Position numbers and translations under genes: made by a program. 64,000 nucleotides of DNA from Eledone cirrhosa. Taxonomy: Eukaryota. Location of the stretch: contig OZ024745.1 in the NCBI GenBank assembly GCA_964016885.1, forward strand, positions 133,548,001 through 133,612,000. The letters run 5' to 3'. Shown here one piece after another: positions 1 through 11,787 of this stretch (positions are counted from its first letter, which is position 1; every line of letters begins with the position of its first letter). Below the pieces are notes generated by a model. The model searched no databases. It was not told the DNA's origin and was given only the letters and a program-made list of their open reading frames with translations.

Positions 1-639
1 TTTCTACCGAATCTTTGTATTTCTATACTACATTCATTTTTTAAGAAATGTTGCATGTTACTTCTCCATCGGAATTCAAAGATAAAAGAATATTTTCTTT
101 CTATAGGTAACGTTATCTGAAAGTTTATTTTCTTATTCATATTAATGTACGAATATTGGACGCATTTTTATTAGCTATAGGTAATTCAATGAATGAAAGT
201 GATATGTCTCTCAGGGCCTTATATGCAAGTATTTACTAAGCAGTTCTTCCGTAAATAAACATTTAAGCTAAGTGGGCATTCTACTTGCTTGGATGTTGTT
301 TATAAAAGAATACATCTCTGATATATCATGTATTATATTTGATGCTGCAATAGCACATTCTGCAAACATTAATTTGCAATGTCGATTGAAGAAATTTCTT
401 AATATCTCTAGAAATGATCTATCAAGTAGAGATGCAAAATAACTTCAGAGCGACTTGCATTCAGATACTGTATGTGTTCAATTTAGTAATACATTTCTTG
501 GGTACCTCCGTTTAGGAAACTGATGAGAAATTGATTTTAAATTCAGTAGACAATTTTCAACATAGTAGGAAGAGTAATATCACTTCAAAAACGGAGAATC
601 AGCAGGACTTGATGACATTCCAAACACTGAAGCCTGAGT

Positions 640-1300
640 TGACGGAGATAAGCCAAACATTTGGAGCAAAGGTAGTGTAAAATCATTTCAAGAAAAGGTG
701 ATATTAGTGATGTCAAAAATTACCGTGTAATTAATCTCACAGTAATATCATCTAACAATTTCAATAAAATGCTATTCCATAGAATTAAACCACTTTTAGA
801 ACAAATAATTTTTAAGAACCAAAATTGATTTTCTTCAAATAGGTCAACGCTAAAACAAATCCTAACCCTTACAAGACCCATGGAAGGAGTACATTCAAAC
901 ACCTACTATCTGTTATCACATTCATTGATCTTGGCAAAGCTTTTGATTCCATTCATCGTGGAAAACTCCAACAAATAATGGAAGCGCAAGGAATTCCACG
1001 TCAAATCGTGGCATCGTTACAGCATAGCATACTATCCCTGATGGAGCAGCAGATTCCCCAAACTGAAAGCTGGTGTTCTTCAAGGAATCAAGCTATATAT
1101 GATGCTTATCGCACTCGATGCAAACTACATCCTCGACGCGGCCCTAGACACCGAAAAAACCCAATAACTGATGTTGATTGTACAGAGATCAGGAAGAGGC
1201 ATTACACCTATTACTTCTATGGGAGCCCACACGCCGGAGAACAAGATGTTGGCCTCATGTTGCATTTCTGGAGCAGATTTGTAAAGACACGAATCTAAGA
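640..1300 (+). pseudogene. Degraded RTE-like LINE reverse transcriptase fragment
   Basis: Manual translation across stops and frameshifts gives KKGDISDVKNYRVINLT, NQN*FSSNRSTLKQIL and ITFIDLGKAFDSIHRGKLQQIMEAQGIP, which are non-LTR RT motifs. Confidence 0.75.
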
Positions 1301-2164
1301 GAAAATGAACTGACGGCAGCCATGTTGGACAAGTGAAGGAGTGTAATTATCGTTGTCCGAGAAAAGCCGACATAGTAATGATGCGGTGTCACAATACTCG
1401 GCAAGAAATAACATTACTGTAATTGAATCAAAATGAGCAAAGCTTACATTTTCCCTACTCTTCTCAGATATTGCTTTCTGATTGTTACTATGTTTTAAAT
1501 TTGAGAAATATTTAATTTTGGGAGAATTTACTGACGCAAGAGAAGTTAGATACAATTGGAAACTTCATTAGATCTCTTCTAACGTTCTTCTTAAATATCT
1601 CTACTTTAAGAAATTACAAAAATGTTGTTTTATTATTTGCCATATGATATTTTCATCAGCAGTGTTCAAAGCTATTAAAGCAATATGCAAAACTTCGACT
1701 CCATAAACATTCTATATCGCTTTCGCTATTGACATACAGTTAAGCAAATTTCTTTAAGCAGGCAAACATTACACAATTTTAATTTATTAATATATTAAAC
1801 ACATGAATATTTAAACTCCATGATTTAAAGATCAAATTTGACAATTACATGCTTAGAAATCAAATGAAAATAAATATGTTTTAAGAAAGAGTTAAAAGTT
1901 TAAAAGACATTTCACAGGAAGTAATACGACGTGATAAAACAGAATTAATAACTTTTGTGGTGATGATTATTCAAATATATATGTCATTCTACACATAAAA
2001 AAATAACATATGTCTTCATAAATATCTCAGTCGTCTCAAATATAGAGATGAAGTAAAGTAAGGGAAACCGTGTTTCGTTTGTTGTAAAAATTAACATGGA
2101 GAAAGTTAAAAACCACCTAGCTAATACTAACCCAAACGTTTTGAATGATTACCCATTGATCATT

Positions 2165-2262
2165 ATTGTTTCTAATTTAGGCACAAGGCCAGCAATTTTA
2201 AGGGGAGGAGAAAGTCAATTAAATCGACCCACTGCATTACTGGTGCTTTATTTTATCGACCC
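2165..2262 (-). mobile_element. SINE 3' fragment (family of 6593-6776)
   Basis: Contains tttctaatttaggcacaaggccagcaatt and tgcattactggt..ttattttatcgaccc, the reverse complement of the SINE tail. Confidence 0.75.
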
Positions 2263-2386
2263 ATTGATCAGATATGACTGATCAGCCAACAGTCTGCTAA
2301 TATGCAAATCAGGCCGATCAGTCACTGTATATTTTAGAAATATTCACTAGCTCAGACAGTTGGCAGGTGAACAGTGAAGTGAACAA

Positions 2387-3321
2387 AGGCGCTCACAGAC
2401 CTCGACCAATCGGGCAATGTGATCGGTGGAAACTCCACCTTGGCGTTCTATAGAGGATTAGTGGAGGGGAAGTGCGACGGCGTACTTGGGGAAACTCTAG
2501 GCGTCGACGAAAATCAACTAGCCAATCTCTTCGGAAGAACTTTCGGGTCGGGGCCTATGGACAATTTCCAGAAATCCATGGCCTGGCAGTGCTACCGAGG
2601 AGTTTTGCCAGCTCGGGATAAACTCTACAGGCATGGAGGTGCCGTCAGCCGGGCATGTCCGAGATGCGCACAGCGACGAAACCGTCCTGCACGCACTCGT
2701 CCAGTGTCCGAGCATTGCTGACTTGTGGGTTTATGTCGAACACCTGCTGTCGCGTGTAGGACGGATCCAGCTATCAGCTGAGTCCATCGTGAGGATTGCC
2801 CCGCCCTCTTCCTTTAGCCGGGAAGAGCAGGCAGTTTTTCTCTGTCTGATGGCCATGGCGAAAGAGATAGTATGGTGGACACGTTTGAAAGAGCTGAAGA
2901 CGAGCACTTACCTCTTCGCTGATGTCCTGATTAACTTTTTCAAATTTCATTTGAAAAGGAAAATCAGGGTAGAGAGGGAAGTGCTCTCTTCCCAGCATTT
3001 TGTTGAAAGATGGGTGAGAGAGGCAAGAATGGCCTGAGTGAATGGGCCTACTCTGAGTATGTGTCTGTAAATTAAAGGTGGAAAACTGGGAGAGGGCACT
3101 TGCCCTGGTGGTCAGGGTCACTGTGGCTTTTTAATGGACTTTCTCCACGAATGACCCTCGGAAGTCTCCCCCCTATTGGGGAATTTTTCATTGTTCTATT
3201 ATTACATCGTCTGTTTTTTGTTTTTTTTTACACGCAGAAATGCCCTTTTGTACCGTCCTGTATTGTCTTGTACTGTCTTTAATGTCTACTTTGTGTAAAC
3301 CCTTGTGGTTAATAAAGAAAG

Positions 3322-3322
<1 letters not shown>
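2387..3322 (+). mobile_element. 5'-truncated Tx1-clade LINE (ORF2 C-terminus with CCHC finger, plus 3' UTR)
   Basis: Highly similar to the reverse complement of ~11540-12473. Encodes RACPRCA..ETVLHALVQC. Ends aataaagaaagc followed by (ATT)n. Confidence 0.9.
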
Positions 3323-3355
<33 letters not shown>

Positions 3356-3403
3356 CCAGTAATACACTGGGATAATTGCTGGCCTTGTGCCAAAAGTAGA
3401 ACA

Positions 3404-3440
<37 letters not shown>
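3323..3440. repeat. (ATT)n microsatellite interrupted by a ~50-bp SINE 3' tail (~3353-3402)
   Basis: Read directly. The internal taccagtaatacactgggataattgctggccttgtgccaaaagtaga matches the SINE tail. Confidence 0.85.
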
Positions 3441-3441
<1 letters not shown>

Positions 3442-5667
3442 AGCTGCATTTATCTTGCTTTATGTTCATACGAGTTATCACCAAGTCACAACCAGTGACC
3501 TCAAGAGACAACAAGGTCCGCCATGTTCAAGAAAGAACATACATACTAACACATGCATCTTTAGGTGTTTAGACTTGTGATGTACTTATATTGACAGAAT
3601 CTTCCTTAGTATATGGGCAGTTCCCATTAGTACTATCTTTTGTATTTCTCCTATACGCGGGTTTCCTGGGATTTGCGATAAGTAATCATTAGACCCCTTA
3701 GGTATCATTCCTAGTGCGCCTACAACCACTGGTATTGTTTTAGTTCTCAATTTCCACATTTTTCCAATTTCTATCTCCAGGTCCTTATACAGCTCAATTT
3801 TTCAAATGTTTTTATAGATACATTCTTGTCTATTGGAACAGACATATCAATTAGCAGGCATACCCTTTTTTTAAAGTCCTTCAATATTATATCAGGTCTA
3901 TTTGCATCTATTTTTCGGTCTGTTTAGATGCTAAAGTTCCACAAGATTGCGATGTGATCTTTTTCAAGTATGGGAGGTGGTTGATGCTCCCAAATTCTTT
4001 TGATGGGGCAGGTCAAAATGCTTACACATTATCCAATGTATCTATTGTGCAGCTCTGTCATGCCTGTTTAGGTATTCGGTTGGAGCTATAGGACTGCACA
4101 TTGAAATTATATGGTCAATGGTCTCTGGTTGTTTTTTGACATACACGGCATAATGGGCTGCATCCATTTTTTATTATGTTGCATATTATCTACATATCTA
4201 AGGGAATCATGTGATTCCCTTAGATATGTAGATAATCCAATTGTTGCAGTTTTCAACGCAATGTCTAACTGGATTAACCCACGTCCTCCTTCTTTCCTAG
4301 GGAGATATATTCTATCTGTATCTGCCTTAGGTTGATGCATTCTGTGCATGGTTAAGAATTTTCGAATTTTTGTATCGAGCCTACGGATCTCTGAGCTTGA
4401 CCAGTTGATGACATTGTAACTGTAGGTTACTACTGGTATGGCAAGCGTGTTTATGGCATCGATCCTATTCCTTGCATTCAATTCCGTTCTTAAGATTGCT
4501 CTTACTCTGCGGTAACATTCCTTCCTTATCCTTTCCCTCATTCTCGAGTGCTTGATTCCGTCTCCTTCACAAACACCTAGATATTTGTAAGTTTCCTCTT
4601 GATCAAGTTCTCTTATCACATTCCCCCGATCAAGATTAATGTCTGAACTCTTCAGCAGCTTTCCTCTGGTGAACGTTGCTTTGGCACATTTATCTAGTCC
4701 AAACTCCATTTTAATATCATCACTGAACTGCTCCACAGTGGATAATAGCCCTTGCAATTGTTCATCATTTTTTGCAAATAGTTTCAGGTCATCCATGTAG
4801 AACAAGTGATTAATGGTTTTGTCATAGACTTTATATCCATGCTTTGTTTCATTGAGCATTTTACTTAATGGTATAAGTGCGATGCAGAATAAAAGCGGTG
4901 ATAAAGAGTCACCCTGAAAAATTCCACAATTAATATTAACTTCTCCAGCTTCCAGTGATTTTGTTTCACTATTCAAAAGGAGTGTCGTTTTCCATGTCTT
5001 CATACTGAATGACCAAAACCTCCTGACAACGGGAGATATTTTGAAAATCTCTAAACATTTTTCAATCCAACTGTGTGGCAAACTATCGAATGCTTTTTTA
5101 TAATCTATCCAAGCAATTGATAGATTTTTGTGTCTATTATGACAATCTTCCAGTATCATTTTGTTAACCAAAAGCTGATCCTTACAGCCATATGAGCCTC
5201 ATTTACACCATTTCTGCTCAATGGGAAATAGGTCATTTGTTATCAGGTGGTCATATGTATATTCAGTTAGGACTGATGTTAAAATTTTATGCATTGTAGT
5301 CAAGCAAGTTATCGGTCTGTAATTTTTGGGATTGTTTGTCTCATCATTCTTCGGAAGCAGGAGTGTAATGCCGTTAACTAGCCATGATGGTATCTTTTCT
5401 GGCTCCTTAACTATTTCATTGTAAAGTTGGGCTAACAGCTCATGAGACTCTGTGAAGGCATTTATCCAAAAATTTTATATTTTGTCTTTTCCTGGGGATT
5501 TCCATTTGCTGGATTTTCTTAGAGCCAAACGCAACTGTTCAACTGTTATATTTTCCCATATTTTTTCCTCAAGGTGAGCTGTATCTTTCATTTGTCTGTC
5601 TATCCATGGGGCATGTATATTATGAATTTTTTTCTTCGGCCCAGATCTTTTCCCAGAATTCTTGCAC

Positions 5668-5670
<3 letters not shown>
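3441..5670 (-). mobile_element. R4/Dong-clade LINE, family 1 (5'-truncated, internally deleted, decayed RT and restriction-like endonuclease)
   Basis: RT motifs AWIDYKKAFDS, GIFQGDSLSP, HLFYMDDLKLFA and YKYLG; RLE motifs RPDIILKD and LLIDMSVP. Flanked by (TAA)n on both sides. Confidence 0.92.
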
Positions 5671-5712
<42 letters not shown>

Positions 5713-5719
5713 GTTATTA

Positions 5720-8133
5720 CTCCTTGAGTCTCAGTCATTGATGTTAGTTAACTGGAAAGTTTGTTGGAATGAATATCAAGCCACTACCTGCAGCCTCAGA
5801 TATTCAGGACGTATTGGAGGGTTTTGCTGTTCCCAGCAAGCATGCCTTTTGAAGCATTCCAAAAAGCGTGAAGGGGCCGATTTTCTTTAACCATCCCTGG
5901 AAACTTTTGGAGATAGTCCCCAGTGCGCCTATGACAATCGGGATCACTTTGACTTCATGGCAGTTCCAAATCCTTTTTACCTCCCACTTTAAGTCCTGGT
6001 ATCGGTTAATTTTCTCCCTCTCCTTCTCTTGCACTCTCGTGTCGAATGGGCAGGCCACATCCACAATCAGGCACGATCTTTTTTCTTTGTCCACAACCAC
6101 CAGGTCAGGTCTATTGTGCTCCAGTTTCTTGTCCGTCTGTATCCTAAAATCCCACAGCACCTTCACCTGATCGTTCTCTATCACCGCCTCTGGCTTATGC
6201 TCATACCATTTCTCAGAATGTGGTAAATTGTTTACTTTGCACAGGTGCCAGTGGATCACCCTGCCCATCATATCATGTCTCCAGCCCTTATATTGGGTCT
6301 GGGCTAGGTGTTTACACTCGGATACAATGTGAGCCACAGTCTCCTCTCTCTCTCCACAGATCCTGCACAGTGGGCTGGCCTCCTCCGTGTAAATAGGGTG
6401 TTTCAACCACTTCGTTTTGAGGGCCTGCTCTTGCGCAACGATTAGCATTCCTTCTGTAGCCTTTTTAAGGTCTCCTCTTTTCAACCAGTTCCATGTCTGT
6501 GGATCTCTAAATTCAGTTTTCTCAAAGAAGGTACTATGAAGGGATTTTTCCTGAAGGCTTCTCTTTCTCCTTGATGTTATTTCCTCCTTGGAATTGGTGG
6601 ATTGGCAGCATCGGTAGAGGGTCGGACGCCATGCTTTCCAGCATAGTTACGTTCCTTTACGATCTGAGTTCAAATCCCGCCGAGGTTGACTTTGCCTTTC
6701 ATCCTTACGGGGTCGATAAAATAAAGTACCAGTAATGCACTGGGTAATTGCTGGCCTTGTGCCTAAAGTAGAAACAGTTATTTCCTCCTTGGACATCCCC
6801 TGGCCTATTGTCCCCTCCTTCAGTACAGTTCTGAGCATTGGCTCCTTACTATCAGTCACGTATTTGTGTAGGTTGTTTTTCTCCATCTGAACACAGTCCT
6901 CTATACTGATAAGACCTCTTCCACCCTCAGATCTCCTTAAGTAGAGTCTATCGACATCACTCCTCTTGTGGAACATGTTGTAGATAGTCAATAGCTTCCT
7001 AGTCTTCCTATCCATTTCTTTTTGTTCAGCAACATTCCATCTCAGAATTCCCACACTGTACCTAATAATAGATACAGCTCGGGAATTTACTGCGCTTATG
7101 GCATTTCTGCTGTTCAGATGTGACTTCAATACGCTCCTTACTCTCCGAATGTATTCAGTTCTTAACAAGTCCTTCATTTTTTTGTTCTTTATGCCATCAG
7201 CCTCCAGAACGCCCAAATACGTGTATCCTTCCTCAGAGTCAATTTCCTTTATCATCTCACCTGTTGGTATCTGGATTCCGTTACTTCTGCTCAACCTACC
7301 CCTCCTCATCACAATGACTCCACACTTACTAATACCAAATTGCATACATATATCACTGCTGAAAATACGGACAGTGTCAACAAGCACATCCAACTCCTTC
7401 TCATTCTTCCCGAAGAGCTTAAGATCGTCCATGAAGAGGAGGTGATTGATGGTAAGCCCTCCCTTTCCCAACCTGTATCCTGCTCTCACTTTTCGCAGTA
7501 CACTGGTCAGGGGCATCAGGGCAAGGACAAACAACATAGGGGACAGGCTATCTCCCTGGAAGATACCTCTCTTGATCTTCACGCTTCCCAAGGATTCTCC
7601 AGTTGATGTCAACTCTGTTTCCTAGGACCTCATACTTTTGCCCAACAACTGTCTGATGTTATCTGCCACCTTGAAGATCTCCAGGCTTTTGGTGATCCAA
7701 GAATGAGGCACCATGTCAAATGCCTTTCTGTAGTCTATCCATCCCATGGCAAGATCAGTGTGTCTCCTCCTGCAATTCCCCATTACCATCTTATCAATAA
7801 GTAACTGGTCCTTTGTACCACGTGACTTCTTTCGGCATCCTTTCTGTTCGTCCGGTAACAAATTGTTTGTGTGGAGGTGATGGTAGATTTCCTCAGACAC
7901 AATGCTCGTCAACAGTTTCCACATTACGGACAGACATGTGATAGGTCTATAGTTGGTAACATTATTACCCTTGATTCGGTCTTTCATTATCAGAACTGTG
8001 GTACCTTTTGTCAACCACTCTGGTACCTCACCTGACATCAAGCAGTCATTGAACATGGTTGTCAGTTTCGGGTGGAGGGATGTTATATTTTTAATCCAAT
8101 ACCCCTGCACACCATCTGGGCCTGGTGATTTCC
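5720..8133 (-). mobile_element. R4/Dong-clade LINE, family 2 (5'-truncated, interrupted by a SINE)
   Basis: Motifs NYRPITCL, EQKGC, WIDYRKAFD, GIFQGDSLSP, LFMDDLKL, the CRIC..ETVAHIVSEC finger and RPDLVVVD..IVDVACP..K..RY (RLE). (TAA)n on both flanks. Confidence 0.92.
6593..6776 (+). mobile_element. Full-length tRNA-derived SINE with 17-bp target-site duplication
   Basis: A-box-like tggcagcatcgg and B-box gagttcaaatcc. TSD gttatttcctccttgga at 6576-6592 and 6777-6793. Confidence 0.92.
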
Positions 8134-8157
8134 ATTATTATTATTATTATTACGAGT

Positions 8158-8222
8158 AGAAGAAGAAGAAGAAGAAGAAGAAGAAGAAGAAGAAGAAGAA
8201 GAAGAAGAAGAAGAAGAAGAAG
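8158..8222. repeat. (GAA)n microsatellite
   Basis: Read directly. Confidence 0.95.
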
Positions 8223-8540
8223 GCAGGATTTGAACTCACATAAATCACACATTGGTATGAATGCTTTAGCATATTCAACATGTAACCTGCATCAAAATGA
8301 ATGTGTTAACTACACTCAGAACCAAACTGTTTGAAATACGTCATTAACACGTGTCAGGTGTAACCATGATTAACATCAATTATGTTACCTTAATTACCTT
8401 TATTTAACTATATGTGATATAAATTGTATATATATATATGGGTGGTGGGGGGTATAAGACACGGAATAACAAATCTACATATAATGAGTTTTCACAAAAG
8501 CCAACACGTAGGTATCTCAATGGCGCCTATGTATATACTG

Positions 8541-8584
<44 letters not shown>

Positions 8585-8588
8585 ACAT

Positions 8589-8621
<33 letters not shown>

Positions 8622-8658
8622 CATATATATATGTATATATATATACATATGTGTGTAT

Positions 8659-8712
<54 letters not shown>

Positions 8713-8758
8713 GGTGTTAAGGCAACCACGTCACCTTTTTGTTCAACACTGACACAGG

Positions 8759-8803
8759 AACGATGTACTAGTTTCAAGCTTGTTAGCTATCATCAGCACC
8801 GTT
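8759..8803 (-). ncRNA. Minimal type I hammerhead ribozyme (family A)
   Basis: AACGGUG CUGAUGA U-AGCU-AACA-AGCU-U GAAA CUAG UA/CAUCGUU: 7-bp stem I, palindromic stem III ACUAGU, GUA cleavage triplet. Confidence 0.85.
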
Positions 8804-9038
8804 TACCCATCTGCCAGATAGTTGAACGTTCGAAAGTATATACTTTCCTTATGAAAATTAACGGCTGAGCAGCCTAATTTGCATATTGAGTGAGTTAAAT
8901 CGGTCAGGCATACCGAAAACGACAAGTTGAAAAAAAATGAAAACGAAATTTCATTTCTCACTCTTAGTATGGCACTTACTTAAATGTAAGTATGTATGTA
9001 TACGTTCATACATATATGTATACAGACGTACAGTAGCA

Positions 9039-9084
<46 letters not shown>

Positions 9085-9245
9085 TATGCATACAGGTACA
9101 CATACATATATGCACGCATCAGTTTAGCCGACGTTTATTATAACGCAGCTTTGTTCGCTTGTTTGTCAACAAAGCGAACAGCCTGAATTTATGCCATACG
9201 GTGTTAAGGCAACCACGTCACCTTTTTGTTCAACACTGACACAGG

Positions 9246-9290
9246 AACGATGTACTAGTTTCAAGCTTGTTAGCTATCATCAGCACCGTT
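9246..9290 (-). ncRNA. Minimal type I hammerhead ribozyme (family A, second unit)
   Basis: Identical to the motif at 8759-8803. Confidence 0.85.
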
Positions 9291-9524
9291 TACCCATTTG
9301 CCAGATAGTTGAACGTTCGAAAGTATATACTTTCCTTATGAAAATTAACGGCTGAGCAGCCTAATTTGCATATTGAGTGAGTTAAATCGGTCAGGCATAC
9401 CGAAAACGACAAGTTGAAAAAAAATGAAAACGAAATTTCATTTCTCACTCTTCTATGGCACTTACTTAAATGTAAGTATGTATGTATACGTACATACATA
9501 TATGTATACAGACGTACAGTAGCA

Positions 9525-9596
<72 letters not shown>

Positions 9597-9849
9597 TATG
9601 CATACAGGTACACATACATATATGCACGCATCAGTTTAGCCGACGTTTATTATAACGCAGCTTTGTTCAAGCTTGAAACTAGTACATCATTCCTGTGTCA
9701 GTGTTGAACAAAAAGGTGACGTGGTTGCCTTAACACCGTATGGCATAAATTCAGGCTGTTCGCTTTGTTGACAAACAAGCGAACAAAGCTGCGTTATATA
9801 TATATACATATATGAAAAAAACACAAGAGCGTCTACAACATCAAAAGAG

Positions 9850-9911
9850 TTTTATCGGCTAACAATGTTTCTTCCTTACGTGTAACCGTAGGATTCATCA
9901 GATCTATAAAA
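9850..9911 (-). ncRNA. Hammerhead-like motif (family B) in a Penelope-type terminal-repeat remnant (~9812-10290)
   Basis: CUGAUGA AUCCUACG-GUUACA-CGUAAGGAA GAAA CAUUG UU. Stem I is only partly paired (UUUUAU/AUAAAA distally). Confidence 0.55.
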
Positions 9912-10294
9912 GGGGATTGATTGGTGTTATGGACTCTACCAACCAAACACCCAAGAACAAAGGGTAGAGAGAGTAAAGAGCAAAAGTAGGGGACGATAAG
10001 TCTAATTTTGGTGCGAGAGGGTGGGGTGTTGGTCCTTGTTTACTAGCTGCGGTCATATTCATTCCCGGGGGTCGGGTGGTTAGCTGAACCATAGATGGGG
10101 TGGCGTGGGTAGTATGGTGCAGAGGGTGCGCAGAGGCTACGCAAACACGAAGGGCGTAGTATACATATATACATATAGCGGAGGAGAAGGTACATGAGGT
10201 AATTAAAAATGGAAGAAGAGTAATAATAATAATTTATAATTAATAGTGTATAATAAGGCATGGGGAAGATTACACTATAATAAGAGCTATAATA

Positions 10295-10874
10295 AAAGCT
10301 ATTCTATTTTCTAATTTCAAACCTGCTCACTGTTTCAAAACATACTTACTTGCCATTTAAACTCGCTAAGAATGTAGCTTCTAATTTGAATGGAAAGAGA
10401 TGGTTGATGTGTTGGTGTAATGGTAGCACAGTGGTCGCGATAACCAAAGATGTTGGTTCGACTCCCATGTACGTCAATACTCATCTTTTCCCATTTATCT
10501 GAGGGCTCTAAACCCCATTATCAGGCTAATATTCCTTTAGTCAAAAATACGGTGAAAGCTATTCTATTTTCTAATTTCAAACTTGCTCACTGTTTCAAAA
10601 CATACTTACTTGCCATTTAAACTCGCTAAGAATGTAGCTTCTAATTTGAATGGAAAGAGATGGGTGATGTGTTGATGTAATAGTAGCACAGTGGTCGCGA
10701 TAACCAAAGATGTGGGTTCGACTCCCATGTACGTCAATACTCATCTTTTTCCATTTATCTGAGGGTTCTAAAATGCATTATCAGGCTAAAATTCCTTTAG
10801 TCAAAAATACGGTGAAAGCTATTCTATTTTCTAATTTCAAACTTGCTCACTGTTTCAAAACATACTTACTTGCC

Positions 10875-10875
<1 letters not shown>
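10295..10875 (+). repeat. 260-bp tandem repeat (~2.2 units), each unit carrying a tRNA-like module
   Basis: aaagctattctattttc recurs at ~10295, 10555 and 10815. Module has A box tggtgtaatgg and B box ggttcgactcc, with a cloverleaf-like fold at 10406-10476 and a second copy 260 bp downstream. Confidence 0.8.
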
Positions 10876-10920
<45 letters not shown>

Positions 10921-11063
10921 TTGCGTGCGTGTGTGCGTGCGTGTGTAGATAAATCTACCAAAATATACGGTAGTGTCCAATCCGTATGAAGAACTCAATG
11001 TAATCCAAAGATCCATTCAAAACTTTTCGATAAAAATCACAGGAAAACAGAGTCAAGATAAAT

Positions 11064-11423
11064 TAATAAAAACAATGAAATAAAAACAAAGAACAAGTTC
11101 CTTATATTAAAAAATTCATCATTTTACGATCGTTTCTAGGATGTATATGTGTGTTGGTATGTATATCATATAGATCTATTAAAAATATTACAAATTATCA
11201 GAGGTAATATACATACCTTCACATATACATGCTGTCTTCAGAAATGATCATTTCTGAAGACAGCATGTATATGTGAAGGTATGTATATTACCTCTGATAA
11301 TTTGTAATATTTTTAATAGATCTATATGATATACATACCAACACACATATACATCCTAGAAACGATCGTAAAATGATGAATTTTTTAATATAAGGAACTT
11401 GTTCTTTGTTTTCATTTCATTGT

Positions 11424-11431
<8 letters not shown>
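11064..11431. repeat. Near-perfect ~368-bp palindrome with no spacer (centre 11247/11248)
   Basis: Centre gctgtcttcagaaatga|tcatttctgaagacagc, with arms extending ~184 bp. Confidence 0.92.
11247..11377 (+). ncRNA. Type I hammerhead ribozyme with ~98-nt stem II (family C); mirror copy on the - strand at 11118-11248
   Basis: AUCAUUU CUGAAGA [long hairpin AGCAUGUAUAUGUG...CACAUAUACAUCCU] GAAA CGAUCG UA/AAAUGAU. Confidence 0.82.
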
Positions 11432-11482
<51 letters not shown>

Positions 11483-11489
11483 TATATAC

Positions 11490-11537
<48 letters not shown>

Positions 11538-11787
11538 TTAATGTTTTCTTTATTAACCACAAGGGTTCACATAAAGTAGACATTAAGGACAGTACAGGAC
11601 AATACAGGACGGTACAAATGGGCATTTCTGCGTGTAAAAAAAAACAGAGGTTGAAATAAAATAACAAAGAAAAATTCCCCAATAGGGGGGAGACTTCCAA
11701 GGGACATTTGTGGAGAAAGCCCATTAAAAGACCACAGTGGCCCTGACCACCAGGGCAAGTGCGCTCTCGCAGTTTTCCACCTTTAAT

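Larger units (their letters stand above)
8711..9797 (-). mobile_element. Hammerhead-containing tandem repeat, family A (retrozyme / Penelope terminal-repeat-like): ~2 direct units (period 487) plus an inverted segment at 9668-9797
   Basis: Unit repeats at 8711 and 9198, flanked by (TA)n. The same family recurs at 39700-40145 and 44510-45400. Confidence 0.8.

Noticed and set aside
515-560. CTGATGA at ~520
   Set aside because: No correctly placed stem II, GAAA or stem I, so not a hammerhead.
10406-10476. Genuine tRNA gene
   Set aside because: Several G-U pairs and mismatches in the acceptor and T stems, an atypical anticodon loop, and a position inside a tandem repeat.
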